From contig CAWDXG010000004.1 of the NCBI GenBank assembly GCA_963806225.1, positions 2,848,001 through 2,912,000 of the forward strand: a stretch of DNA of 64,000 nt, read 5' to 3'. The translations under genes were made by a program, and so were the position numbers. The number at the start of each line of letters is the position of its first letter. Position 1 is the first letter of the stretch. Shown in pieces: positions 1 to 9,472 of the stretch. The DNA is from an uncultured delta proteobacterium. Lineage in GTDB: Bacteria > Myxococcota_A > Polyangia > Polyangiales > Polyangiaceae. Under the pieces are notes generated by a model. It made no database searches and was not told the DNA's origin. It saw nothing but the letters and a program-made list of their open reading frames with translations.

Positions 1-664
1 GCATCGTCAGAAAATCGCAGGATTCTGCGGCCTCCGCCGGCCCCAGCCTGCGGTCGTGCTCCAGGTCCTCCATGTGGAGCCCGATGGTGACCAAGGCGTT
101 TCCGTCGCCCTGCCGGATCGCGTCGCTGACGCGGCGGAGCCAGTCGCGGCCGAGGGCTCGAGTCGGGGGAACAACGCAGTTGGAGTTCTCGTTGCCGAGA
201 TCCCAGGCCCACAGCGCCGGATGACCGGCGAGAGCCCGGGCGAGCTCGCGGGCCAGGAGCTCCTGCGCCTGCAGAACCTCGTCGTCCGCGTACCAGTTGC
301 GCAGCCGCTGCTGCACGACGCGGTCTCCCGATACGACCCGGAAACGACGGTCGCCGTCCTTGCCGCCGAGCGCCCAGCCCGGCAGCCAGTTCACCCCACT
401 CATGTGACCCGTGAACAGCGTGGGCATGACCGCGAGCCCCGCCGCATAGGCCAGCTCCAGGGTCGTGACCAGCCGCTCGATCATCGGGGTGCTCGGCTGC
501 CCGGGCTCTGGTTGGAAGTCCTCCCAGGTCAGAAACAGCCGCACCGAGTCGAACCTGGCGGCGGAGATGCGTGCGAAGTCCGCCGCGACCTCGGCGCGAT
601 CGAAAGCGGCCCACCACCCCATGGCGGTACGGGCGGGCCAGTAGTTGATCCCGAGACGGAACAT
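1..664 (-). CDS. Glycoside hydrolase family 5-like (beta-mannanase/cellulase-like), runs off the left edge
   Basis: Absent from the ORF track because it has no stop in the window. ATG at 664-662 overlaps the TGA of the upstream gene. Translation MFRLGINYWPARTAMGWW...VRLFLTWEDFQP...WDLGNEN contains the GH5/clan-A NE acid-base motif. Confidence 0.8.
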   Translation of the reverse strand, partial: MFRLGINYWPARTAMGWWAAFDRAEVAADFARISAARFDSVRLFLTWEDFQPEPGQPSTPMIERLVTTLELAYAAGLAVMPTLFTGHMSGVNWLPGWALGGKDGDRRFRVVSGDRVVQQRLRNWYADDEVLQAQELLARELARALAGHPALWAWDLGNENSNCVVPPTRALGRDWLRRVSDAIRQGDGNALVTIGLHMEDLEHDRRLGPAEAAESCDFLTM

Positions 665-1707
665 CACGGCGCCACCCTGTGCGCGGCGACGATGCGCCGG
701 TACACGGCAATGTACTCCTCGACCATGCGCCCGACATCGAAGCGCGACTCCACCGAACCCCGCACCTGGGCCGCGTCGAGGCCGCGGGCGGCGCCCACCG
801 CTTCTACGGCGTCGTCGAGAGAATTCACCAGGAAGCCGCTCACCCCATGCTGCACTATCTCCGGCATCGAACCGCGCCGGTGCGCGATCACCGGCGTCCC
901 CGACGCCATCGCCTCCACCACGCTGAAGCCGAAGGGCTCCTCGAAGTCGATCAGGTGCAAGAGCGCTCGAGCGCCGCCCAGCACCTCGGCGCGCCGCTCG
1001 GCTCCGACCGCGCCCACGAAGCGCACCCGCTCGCCGTCGAGGTGCGGTTCCACCGCGTGCTCGAAATACTCCTGGTCCTGGACGATCCCGGCGATGACCA
1101 GCGGCAGCCCCGCCCTTCGAGCCACCTCGATCGCCTGCGCCGTGCCCTTGTCCGGATGGATCCGCCCGAAAAAGAGCAGGTAGTCCCGGGCGGCGGTGCA
1201 CACCGGAAACTCCCGCATGTCTATGCCGTGGTGGATCGTCGCGACGTAGTCGAGCGACGGATGTCGATCCGCGTCGCTGATCGCCACGTAGTACGAGCGC
1301 CGGTTGTACTTCTGGTACACGGGCAGGATCCGCGCGGAGGAGAAGCCGTGGATCGTCGTGACGACCGGCGTGTCGACGAGCGCGGAGTAGCTCAGAGGCG
1401 CGAAGTCGAAGCTGTTGTGGATCACGTCGAAGTCCGCCGCGCGCTCGAACACCGCCGATACGTGCAGACACTCCTCGACCTTCACGTCGAGCTCCGGATC
1501 TTCCGAGTAGCCCGTCGGCGCCGTTTTCACGTGCCGCGCGCGCGTGACCGAGTCCGCGCTGGCGAACAACGTCACGTCGAGCCCGCGCTCGACGAGACCT
1601 TCCGTCAGAAGCGAGGCGAACAGCTCCCACGGGCCGTAGTGCCGCGGCGGAACCCGCCAGGAGATCGGTGCCAGCACCGCCACCCGGAGTCGGTCGGAGT
1701 GCATCAT
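664..1707 (-). CDS. Glycosyltransferase family 4
   Basis: C-terminal part of ORF 664..3960. Starts MMHSDRLRVAVLAPISWRVPPRHYGPWE and contains GRIHPDKG and EEPFGFSVVEAMASGTPV (GT-B/GT4 motifs). ATGA overlap with the upstream gene. Confidence 0.9.
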   Translation of the reverse strand: MMHSDRLRVAVLAPISWRVPPRHYGPWELFASLLTEGLVERGLDVTLFASADSVTRARHVKTAPTGYSEDPELDVKVEECLHVSAVFERAADFDVIHNSFDFAPLSYSALVDTPVVTTIHGFSSARILPVYQKYNRRSYYVAISDADRHPSLDYVATIHHGIDMREFPVCTAARDYLLFFGRIHPDKGTAQAIEVARRAGLPLVIAGIVQDQEYFEHAVEPHLDGERVRFVGAVGAERRAEVLGGARALLHLIDFEEPFGFSVVEAMASGTPVIAHRRGSMPEIVQHGVSGFLVNSLDDAVEAVGAARGLDAAQVRGSVESRFDVGRMVEEYIAVYRRIVAAHRVAP

Positions 1708-3960
1708 CCGTTGCCGAGCTGCGAGAGCTCCGTGAGCGCGAGCAGGAACGACAACGTGGACTCGGCTCCCTGGTTCTGGTTCAGCCGGTCTGCGTGGAGG
1801 CCGTCGCGGCAACCTCCCGTCGCGGGATCGTAGAGGGACACGCGGAGGTGGTTCTGCCCCAGAAACCAACGGAATGCGCAGCGCATCTCGTGCGTCCAGC
1901 TCTCCTCTCCCGTCAGCCGCCAGGCGTCGAGGCAGGCCGAGACCATTGCGGCGGCCTCGAGCGGTTGCTGGTCGAACGGCGCCTTTCGCGAGTTTCGCTG
2001 GTAGAATCCGTTCGAGCCGATGGGCGCGAAGTCGCCGTCCTCCGAACGCTGGATCTCCGCCAGCCACTCCAGCGAGCGAAGCCCGGTGGCGAACATCTCC
2101 GCGTTCCCCATCCTGTCTCCAGAGACGATGAGCGCTTGCGGCAGGCGGGCGTTGTCGTAGCTCACGAGATCCTCGCACCAGCGCCAGTCGTGGCTCGCGT
2201 TCCGCTCGAACCTCGACAGCAGCTTCCCGGCGATGAGCTTCTGAATCGCCTCGACGCCGCTGTCGCCTTGAAACGCGCGCAGGTACTCGTTGATACCCAG
2301 CAGCGCGAAGGCCCAGCCGCGCGAGCTTTCGAAGCGCGAGACCACGGGCAGCGCGGCGTGGAACAGGTGACCGCCCAGGCTCCGCCGCCCTGGATCGCGG
2401 GAGCGACCGACCACCGCGCCGAGCGCCCAGAGCGCGCGGCCCTGGCTGTCCTCCGAGCCGCACTGCTCGGTCCACTTGCGGGAATACGTCATGAAGTTCC
2501 TGAAACGACCGACATCGCTGTTGAAGGCGTAGCTCACGAACGCCAGGTAGCGCGACCCGAGCGACCGCGTTGTCGCGCGGTCTGTCGTGCCCGCGTCTTC
2601 GACCAGCGTCATCAATAGGAGCGCGCGTGCGTTGTCGTCCAGGCAGTAGCCATCCTCCAGGCGTGGAACCGAAAAGGCCGCGTGCTGCAGCAGGCCGGTG
2701 TCGTCCGTCATCAGGCGCAGATGCTCGACGTTGAGCTCCGGTGGGTCCATCGGGCGGACCTTGAGCGTCTTGGCCTCGAAGCCTGCACGGCGCGTCGACT
2801 CGTGCTCCCGCTTGGCGTGCTCCATGCTCGCCACGTAGCTCCGCGCCACCGAGGGCCAACCCATGTCGCGCCCGTACAGGGCGGCGCGCGCACCCAGCGC
2901 TGCGAGCTTCCCTGGGTCGTCGAGAAGCCCCGAGAATCGATTCCGCCATTGCGGCGGAATCGCGGCTGGGCACGAGAATGCCACGTCCGTCGGCGAGCAG
3001 CTCGCTGGCGTAGCGATAGGGCGTCGAGACCACGGCTTTCCCGGCGCCGACAGCGTAGGCCAGCGTGCCCGAGGTGGTCTGCTCTGGATTGAGATACGGC
3101 GTCGTGTAGATGTCGGCCACCGACAGGAACTCGACGAGCTCCAGCAGGCTCACGAAGCGATCATGGAAGATGATGTTCGAGTCTACGCCCAGCCGCCGTG
3201 CCAGTTGTGCAAGGTCGCGCCGGTAGGCTTCTCCGCTGCGCTCCTTCACGTGCGGGTGCGTCGCGCCTACCACGACATACATCACGTCCGGGTGGCGCTC
3301 GACGACGCGCGGCAGCGCCTCGATGACGTACTCGATGCCCTTGTCCGGCGATAGCAGCCCGAACGTCAGGATCACCGACTTGCCTTCCAGGCCGAGCTGG
3401 GTCTTGCTGGTCGGGGCGCGCGGCAAGCCGGGTATGCCGTGGGGAATGATGTCGATCTTGTCTTGGGGCGCGCCGTGGACGTCGTGCAGGAGGGCGGCCC
3501 CGTGGCGGCTCATCACGACCAGGCGCGTGGAGAGCCGCACGACCTCGTCCATCACGCGCCGTTGGTCCGCGCTGGGCTCGCCCACGATGGTGTGGAGCGT
3601 GGTGACGATCGGCACGCGGAGCTCGCGCAGCAGCGCCAGCACGTAGCTGCCCGCCTTGCCCCCGAAGATGCCGTACTCGTGCTGCACGCTCAGCACGTCG
3701 GTGGTCCCCACGTTCAGGAAGTCGGCGGCGCGGCGGTAGGACGAGAGTTCGCTCTCCGCTATCTCGAAGCGAACGCGCTCACCGTAGGCGTGGCGCATTC
3801 CAGGATCGTTCATCGCCACCACCGAGCACCCCAGATCGGGAAACTCGGTGCAGATGGCCTCCGCCAGGTCGGTCGTGAACGTCGCGATCCCGCACCGCCG
3901 CGGCAGGTGGTTACCGAGGAAGGTGATCCGACGGACGCTTTGGGAAGTATCCAGACTCAT
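1704..3960 (-). CDS. GT4 glycosyltransferase fused to a C-terminal six-hairpin glycosidase-like domain (+1 frameshift at about 2928-2931)
   Basis: The N-terminus (GNHLPRRCGIATFT...FGLLSPDKGIE...SGTLAYAVGAG) lies in ORF 664..3960 and the C-terminus (DDNARAL, YDNARLP, FDQQPLEA) in ORF 1704..2984. Removing one C from CCCC at 2928-2931 joins them as ...ESILG-LLDDPGK. Confidence 0.85.
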
Positions 3961-4054
3961 GAGTGCTCCCGATACTGGAGCGCGCAGATTTGAAAGCCTC
4001 AGAACCAGCCCGCCACGCCCGACGCGCTGGATGTTCTATGTGCTCGAAGGCGAA

Positions 4055-4192
4055 CTACCTCTTCTTGTTGTCCTTGCCGGCCGCCGAGGCAGAAGCCTCC
4101 TGACGCTTGGCCTGGTCGTTTCTGGACTGCGACTTCGCCGCGTCCTTCTGGTTCTTGTTTCGCTGCTTGGCTTTGGGGGGCTTGTCGCCCAC
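4055..4192 (-). CDS. Small basic Lys/Gln-rich protein (45 aa)
   Basis: GTG start at 4192 with a GGAGG RBS upstream. Sequence MGDKPPKAKQRNKNQKDAAKSQSRNDQAKRQEASASAAGKDNKKR. Confidence 0.6.
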   Translation of the reverse strand: MGDKPPKAKQRNKNQKDAAKSQSRNDQAKRQEASASAAGKDNKKR

Positions 4193-4323
4193 GTCTGCCT
4201 CCTGGCGCACGGGGCTCGAGCACGCGCCTCTGGAGAAGCGCGCGTCGGGAATCCCCCGGCGGAAGCGCACTGTACCACGCGAGCGATGCCTCATCGAAGC
4301 CGCCCCGCGGCCTAGCGACCGCG

Positions 4324-7116
4324 CTAGCGATCTGGACCCTCGACCTCGAGGTCGAGCACTTCCCGAACCTTGCGAGTCAGTTCAATCGCCGAGTACGGCT
4401 TGCCGATGAACTGGGCGCTGACGTTCGGCAGCCCACCGAGCCGCAGGGCGTCGTTGGTGAACCCGGAGGTGAACAGGACGTTCTGGTTGGGCCGCTCCGC
4501 CCCGAGACGGGCCGCCAGCTCCTGGCCGCTCATCCCCGGCATCACCATGTCCGTGAGCACCAGATGGACGGGGCCCGGGTGGGCCTTCAGCAAGGCCAGC
4601 GCCTGCTGGCCGCCATTCGCCGTCAGTACCGTGTAGCCCGCTCCCTTCAGGACGCGCGTGGCCACCCGGCGCACCGCCGGATCGTCCTCGACCACGAGGA
4701 CCGTCTCCGTGCCGCGAGCCAGTGCCGTTGCGCCCGCGATCGCTCCCGCTTCTGCCGGCGAGTCCACGACCGGCAGGTACACCTTGAACACCGTACCCTT
4801 GCCCACTTCGCTGTAGACCTCGACTCTCCCACCGCTCTGCTGGACGATGCCGAACACCGTGGATAGGCCCAGTCCCGAACCCTTGCCGACTCCCTTGGTG
4901 GTGAAGAACGGTTCGAAGATCCTCCGTCGGGTCGCCTCGAGCATGCCCAAGCCGGTGTCGGTGAACGCCAACAACACGTTTGGACCCGGCGTGCAGGTGG
5001 GGTGTTCGGCGGCGTAGGTGGCATCGAGCGTGACGTTGCGTGTCGACACGATCAACGTGCCTCCGTCGGGCATGGCGTCGCGGGCGTTCACCACCAGATT
5101 CACCACGACCTGCTCGAGCTGCCCGGCATCCACCTTCACGCTCCCGAGATCCGGAGCCGGCGAGAACTCCAGCAGGATGTTCTCGCCGATCAGGCGGCCC
5201 AGCATCCGCTCCATGTTCGCGACCACCGTGTTCACGTTCAGCACCGCGGGCTGGAGCACCTGCTTGCGGCTGAAGGCCAGGAGCTGACGCGTCAGCGTTG
5301 CCGCCCGTTCGCCGGCGAGGCGGATCTCGCGAAACTCCTCACGCAGGGGGTCGCCCTCCTGCAGATCCGCGGCCGCGAGGTCGGCGGTCGTGTTGATGAC
5401 CGTGAGAAGATTGTTGAAGTCGTGGGCGACCCCGCCGGCGAGTTGCCCCACCGTCTCCATCTTCTGGGCTTGCTGGAGTTGACTCTGCAGCAAGCGAAGA
5501 GCCGTCAGGTCCTCCTTGAGCGCGATGAAGTGCGCGATCTCGTCGCGCTCGTCTTTCACGGGTGTGACGGTCCGATTCTGGAGATACCGACTGCCGTCTC
5601 TGCGCAGACTTGTCACTTCGCCGCGCCAGACATTTCCGGCGAGGACGGTCGCCCACATCTCCTTGTCCGACGCAGCCGTCGCAGCATCGGCATCCGTCTG
5701 TGCCACGCCCCAGAGGCACATCCCCAGGCTCTCCTCGGCGCAGTAGCCGCTCAGCTTGGAGTACGCCGTGTTGCTCCATTCGACGACGCCGTTCCGGTCG
5801 GTGATGACCATGGCGCTGGCCGCGGCATTCAGCGCGGCGCTCTGCAGGCGGAGGGTCCCCTCCGCTTGAACTCGCTCCGTGATGTCCTGCACGGTGCCGG
5901 CCATGTAGGCCGGCTGGCCCCCGTCGTCGAGGGCCAGCTCGCCGCGACCCAGCACATAGCGGGTGGTGCCATCTGGCGGGTTGACCCGGATCTCCAGTTC
6001 GGAGGGCCCTTCATTCGCGAGACAGGCACTGATCCAGGCCTGCATCGCCCGCCGGTCGTCGGGGTGGATCAGACCGTCCAGGTTCTCCACGGTCGGTTCA
6101 AAGGTATCCGGCGTTACGCCGTAGACGCGATACATCTCCTCCGACCACGTCATGGGGCCAACGAGGTCCCAGTACCAACTTCCCACAGAGCCGAAGCGCT
6201 GCGCTTCCGACAGCAGGAACCCCTTCCTGCGCAAGTCGTCCTCCACCCGCTTGCGTGCGGTGATGTCGGTCCAGGTGACGACGCAACCGAGGATCTCGCT
6301 GGCTTGGAACAGCGGGCCTGCATTCACGAGAAAGGCGAGCTCCCGTCCATCGTGATCCAACGTGGCATCCACGTCGCGCAGCGTCTCCCCGCGTAGGACG
6401 GAGTCGACGCTAAATGATTGGGCGGTGCGGGTCTGCAGGGGGAACGCTTCGGTGAAAGGCAGCTGTAGTGGGTTGCTCTTGCAGAACGCCTGGGCTGTCT
6501 TGCTGGCGCGCATGACCTGTCCCTCGACGTCGCAGACGACGATGGCATCGGCGGCCTGCTCGAGGATGGATCGGGCCAACTGCTCCGCCGCGGCGACCTG
6601 CTCGAGATGTCGCTGCTCCGTCAGGTCCGTGAGCACGAGACAGGTCACCGTCTCGGCTCCGTCCAGCCGCAGGTGGGAAGCGGACAGGTACACGGGCATC
6701 GCGGTACCCCCGGCGGTCACCAGGGCGATCTCACTGCGGACGCTCTCGGTGTGCGCTCTCAGGAGGATCCCGGCGAGGGCCGCGTGGTCCGCGGGCGGTA
6801 GCCAGCTCTCGAGCGCGCTGCCGATCACCTGCTCGAGCGGCCGCCCCAGCATCTTGGCCAAACGGTCGTTGCAGTAGAGGATGACGCCGTCCTCCGAGAG
6901 AGTTGCCGCGCCCTCCCCCATCGTCTCGACGAGTTGACGATACGCCCGGTCGGCTCCGGTCAGAGTGAAGACCTGTTGCCCGCGCTCCCCCGTGACCATC
7001 ACGGCGTCCACGTTGCCACTGCGGATGGCGCGCAGGTCCTCCTGGGCGCCGGCCAGCTGGGCGCGGAGGGTGCTCATTTCCGTGTCGAGCGCAGGATCGG
7101 AACGGTGTTTCGTCAT
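4324..7116 (-). CDS. Multi-PAS hybrid histidine kinase-response regulator (Kai-associated)
   Basis: About four PAS domains, H-box [13 protein letters not shown]-box [28 protein letters not shown] and a C-terminal receiver (VVEDD, TDMVMP, KP). Lies directly downstream of kaiB. Confidence 0.92.
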   Translation of the reverse strand: MTKHRSDPALDTEMSTLRAQLAGAQEDLRAIRSGNVDAVMVTGERGQQVFTLTGADRAYRQLVETMGEGAATLSEDGVILYCNDRLAKMLGRPLEQVIGSALESWLPPADHAALAGILLRAHTESVRSEIALVTAGGTAMPVYLSASHLRLDGAETVTCLVLTDLTEQRHLEQVAAAEQLARSILEQAADAIVVCDVEGQVMRASKTAQAFCKSNPLQLPFTEAFPLQTRTAQSFSVDSVLRGETLRDVDATLDHDGRELAFLVNAGPLFQASEILGCVVTWTDITARKRVEDDLRRKGFLLSEAQRFGSVGSWYWDLVGPMTWSEEMYRVYGVTPDTFEPTVENLDGLIHPDDRRAMQAWISACLANEGPSELEIRVNPPDGTTRYVLGRGELALDDGGQPAYMAGTVQDITERVQAEGTLRLQSAALNAAASAMVITDRNGVVEWSNTAYSKLSGYCAEESLGMCLWGVAQTDADAATAASDKEMWATVLAGNVWRGEVTSLRRDGSRYLQNRTVTPVKDERDEIAHFIALKEDLTALRLLQSQLQQAQKMETVGQLAGGVAHDFNNLLTVINTTADLAAADLQEGDPLREEFREIRLAGERAATLTRQLLAFSRKQVLQPAVLNVNTVVANMERMLGRLIGENILLEFSPAPDLGSVKVDAGQLEQVVVNLVVNARDAMPDGGTLIVSTRNVTLDATYAAEHPTCTPGPNVLLAFTDTGLGMLEATRRRIFEPFFTTKGVGKGSGLGLSTVFGIVQQSGGRVEVYSEVGKGTVFKVYLPVVDSPAEAGAIAGATALARGTETVLVVEDDPAVRRVATRVLKGAGYTVLTANGGQQALALLKAHPGPVHLVLTDMVMPGMSGQELAARLGAERPNQNVLFTSGFTNDALRLGGLPNVSAQFIGKPYSAIELTRKVREVLDLEVEGPDR

Positions 7117-7132
7117 GAAGCCCCGGCTCCCG

Positions 7133-7468
7133 TCATGACCTGGGCTGCAGCTCCAGCCCGATCAGAACCTTTTCGAGATTGGAGAGGTCGCCCACCATCC
7201 GCCGCAAGGGCTGGGGGAGCTTCCTGACCAGCGTGGGCAGGGCGACAATCTGCTCCTGCGCGGCAAGCTCCGGGTGCTGGTAGAGGTCGATCACCTGGAG
7301 GTCGTACATCCCCTTCAGACGCCCCTCGCAGAGCTCCTTGATGTTGGCGATGGCGCGCCTGGACCGAGGGGTCATGCCCGCCACGTACAGGCGCAAGATG
7401 TACTTGGTCACCTTCGCGGGCTCGGCACGCTTGGTTTTGGCCGATGCGCCTTTGGTCTTGGCCGTCAT
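7133..7468 (-). CDS. kaiB: Circadian clock protein KaiB-like
   Basis: YILRLYVAGMTPRSRRAIANIK...IDLYQHPELA...IVALPTLVRKLPQPLRRMVGDLS is a typical KaiB sequence. ATGA overlap with kaiC. Confidence 0.93.
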   Translation of the reverse strand: MTAKTKGASAKTKRAEPAKVTKYILRLYVAGMTPRSRRAIANIKELCEGRLKGMYDLQVIDLYQHPELAAQEQIVALPTLVRKLPQPLRRMVGDLSNLEKVLIGLELQPRS

Positions 7469-9240
7469 GCTGACCCCCGCGGACGCCTGACGGTCTTTTG
7501 GACGGCCCGTTTGTCGGACTGCCGCTCGCGGGCCATGCGCACCCGGTCACCGGCCAACACTCCGGCACGTGTCTGGGCTTGACCAATCGTTCTCGCCGCC
7601 TCGGCTTCCTCGACCTCGTACTCCGCGCGCAGCACCGCGATGTGCGCCTCCATGGACTGGCGCTTGCGTTCCAGGTTGTGCATCTTGCTCTGCGTCTCCT
7701 CCCCGTGCAGAAGAGTCTGGGCCTTCTCCTGCGCCTCCAGCGCCCCGCGCGCACTTCCGGTGAGCAGCGCGCCTGAAGGCCCGACGTACACGTCCCGCAG
7801 CTCGACCCCGTGATCGGTCAACAGGAACTCGCGGACCTGGTTCGAGTGCTTCATCCCTCGCGACTTCACCAGGTGCAGCACCCGGTTGCGCTCCGCGCCG
7901 TTGTGGACGTCCCGCAAGAGCAGCCAGGTGTCCATCAACGCCGAAATGGCCACCTCGGTGCTTTCCAGCCTCGCGTCGCCACTGGTGAGGCTCGTGATCA
8001 ACGCGGTAACGCCCTGCATTTTGAAGAAGTCGATGAGTCGCGTCATCATCGCCTTAACGTCCGCCTCGCTGCCGAGGGTGGCGAAAGCCGAGGCCGGGTC
8101 GAGGATGATGACGTGCGGCTTGAACTCCTTCACCAGCTTGTGGATCGTGACGAGCTGCATCTCCAGGCCCCAGATCGTGGACCGTTCCGTGTGGATGCGC
8201 AGCAGGCCGCGCCGCACCGCCGGTGCCAGGTCGACGCCGATGGCGCGCATGTTGCGGATGATCTGGCTCGACGATTCGTAGAAGGCGAGCCACAGGCAGC
8301 GCTCGCCCCGCTCGGCGGCTCCGGCGGCGAAGAGCGCGGCGAGGCTCGTCTTTCCCGAGCCGGCGGTACCGGACACCAGAACGGTGCTGCCCTGATAGTA
8401 GCCCTTGCCGCCCATCATCGCGTCCAGGCGCGGCACGCCCGAGGACACGCGCTCGACTCCCGCTTTCGGCTCCAGCCCCGCGGAGCTGGTGGGCAGAAGA
8501 GAGATGCCGCCCGCATCGATGAGGAACGGATACTCATTCGTGCTGTGCGTGGACCCTCTGTACTTCACGATGCGCAGCCGCCGCGTTGCCATCTGGCCCT
8601 CCACGCGGTGAGCGAGGACGATCACACAGTCGGCGACGTATTCCTCCAGTCCGTGGCGGGTCAATTTGTCCTGGCCGCTTTCGGCCGTGATGATCGCGGT
8701 GATGCCCCGAGCCTTCAGCCAGCGAAACAGGCGTTGGAGCTCGCCGCGCAGGACGGCGGCGTTGGACAGCCCGGCGAACAGCGTCTCCAGGGTGTCGAGC
8801 ACCACGCGCTTGGCGCCAATGCTGTCGATGGCGTGTCCCAGCCGGATGAAGAGCCCTTCCAGATCGAACTCGCCCGTCTGGGCCATCTCGCTGCGCTCGA
8901 CCCGGACGAATTCGACGACCAGCTTCTTCTTTTTGACCAACGTGGGGAGGTCGTGTCCGAGAGAGGCGAAGTTCGTCGCCAGCTCCCCGCCGTTCTCCTC
9001 GAAGGCCATGAAGACACCCGGCTCACCGAAGTCCACGGCGCCGCGCACCAGAAACTCCATCGCCATGAGGGTCTTGCCGCAGCCGGTGCCGCCGCACACA
9101 AGGGTCGGCCGTCCCCGGGGCAGACCACCGCCGGTGAGGGCGTCCAGTCCGTAGATGCCGGTGGGCGCCTTGCTCAGCACGGGTGTGCGGCGTGGCTTCT
9201 TCGCAGCACTCGCGGCACGCGCGGCAACTCGCTTCGCCAT
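7465..9240 (-). CDS. kaiC: Circadian clock protein KaiC (double RecA-like ATPase with a KaiC2-like C-terminal coiled coil)
   Basis: ATG at 9240 after a G-rich RBS. Contains PTGIYGLD, Walker A motifs GGTGCGKT and GTAGSGKT, KYRGS and KSRGMKHS, and a C-terminal helical extension. Confidence 0.95.
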   Translation of the reverse strand: MAKRVAARAASAAKKPRRTPVLSKAPTGIYGLDALTGGGLPRGRPTLVCGGTGCGKTLMAMEFLVRGAVDFGEPGVFMAFEENGGELATNFASLGHDLPTLVKKKKLVVEFVRVERSEMAQTGEFDLEGLFIRLGHAIDSIGAKRVVLDTLETLFAGLSNAAVLRGELQRLFRWLKARGITAIITAESGQDKLTRHGLEEYVADCVIVLAHRVEGQMATRRLRIVKYRGSTHSTNEYPFLIDAGGISLLPTSSAGLEPKAGVERVSSGVPRLDAMMGGKGYYQGSTVLVSGTAGSGKTSLAALFAAGAAERGERCLWLAFYESSSQIIRNMRAIGVDLAPAVRRGLLRIHTERSTIWGLEMQLVTIHKLVKEFKPHVIILDPASAFATLGSEADVKAMMTRLIDFFKMQGVTALITSLTSGDARLESTEVAISALMDTWLLLRDVHNGAERNRVLHLVKSRGMKHSNQVREFLLTDHGVELRDVYVGPSGALLTGSARGALEAQEKAQTLLHGEETQSKMHNLERKRQSMEAHIAVLRAEYEVEEAEAARTIGQAQTRAGVLAGDRVRMARERQSDKRAVQKTVRRPRGSA

Positions 9241-9472
9241 GGCCCCCCCTTCTTGCCGTGACGCCCGAACCGTCCACCGGTGCGTCACAAAGCGCCTTCT
9301 GACGATAACCACGAGACGGCCAACAGACAAGCGCACACTGGCACTTTGCTAGTTCGCGCACCGGATGAGTCGTTGCGCTGGCTATCCCACGCGAGCTGGC
9401 CACATCCCCGCCGCGCCTGCAATTGAAGGACAGTCGCCTCCAACGACGAGGCGGCCGGCGCACGATGGGAAC

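Noticed and set aside
664..3960. 1098-aa double glycosyltransferase ORF
   Set aside because: Artefact of the frameshift at about 2930. The middle section is an off-frame reading of the glycosidase-like domain.
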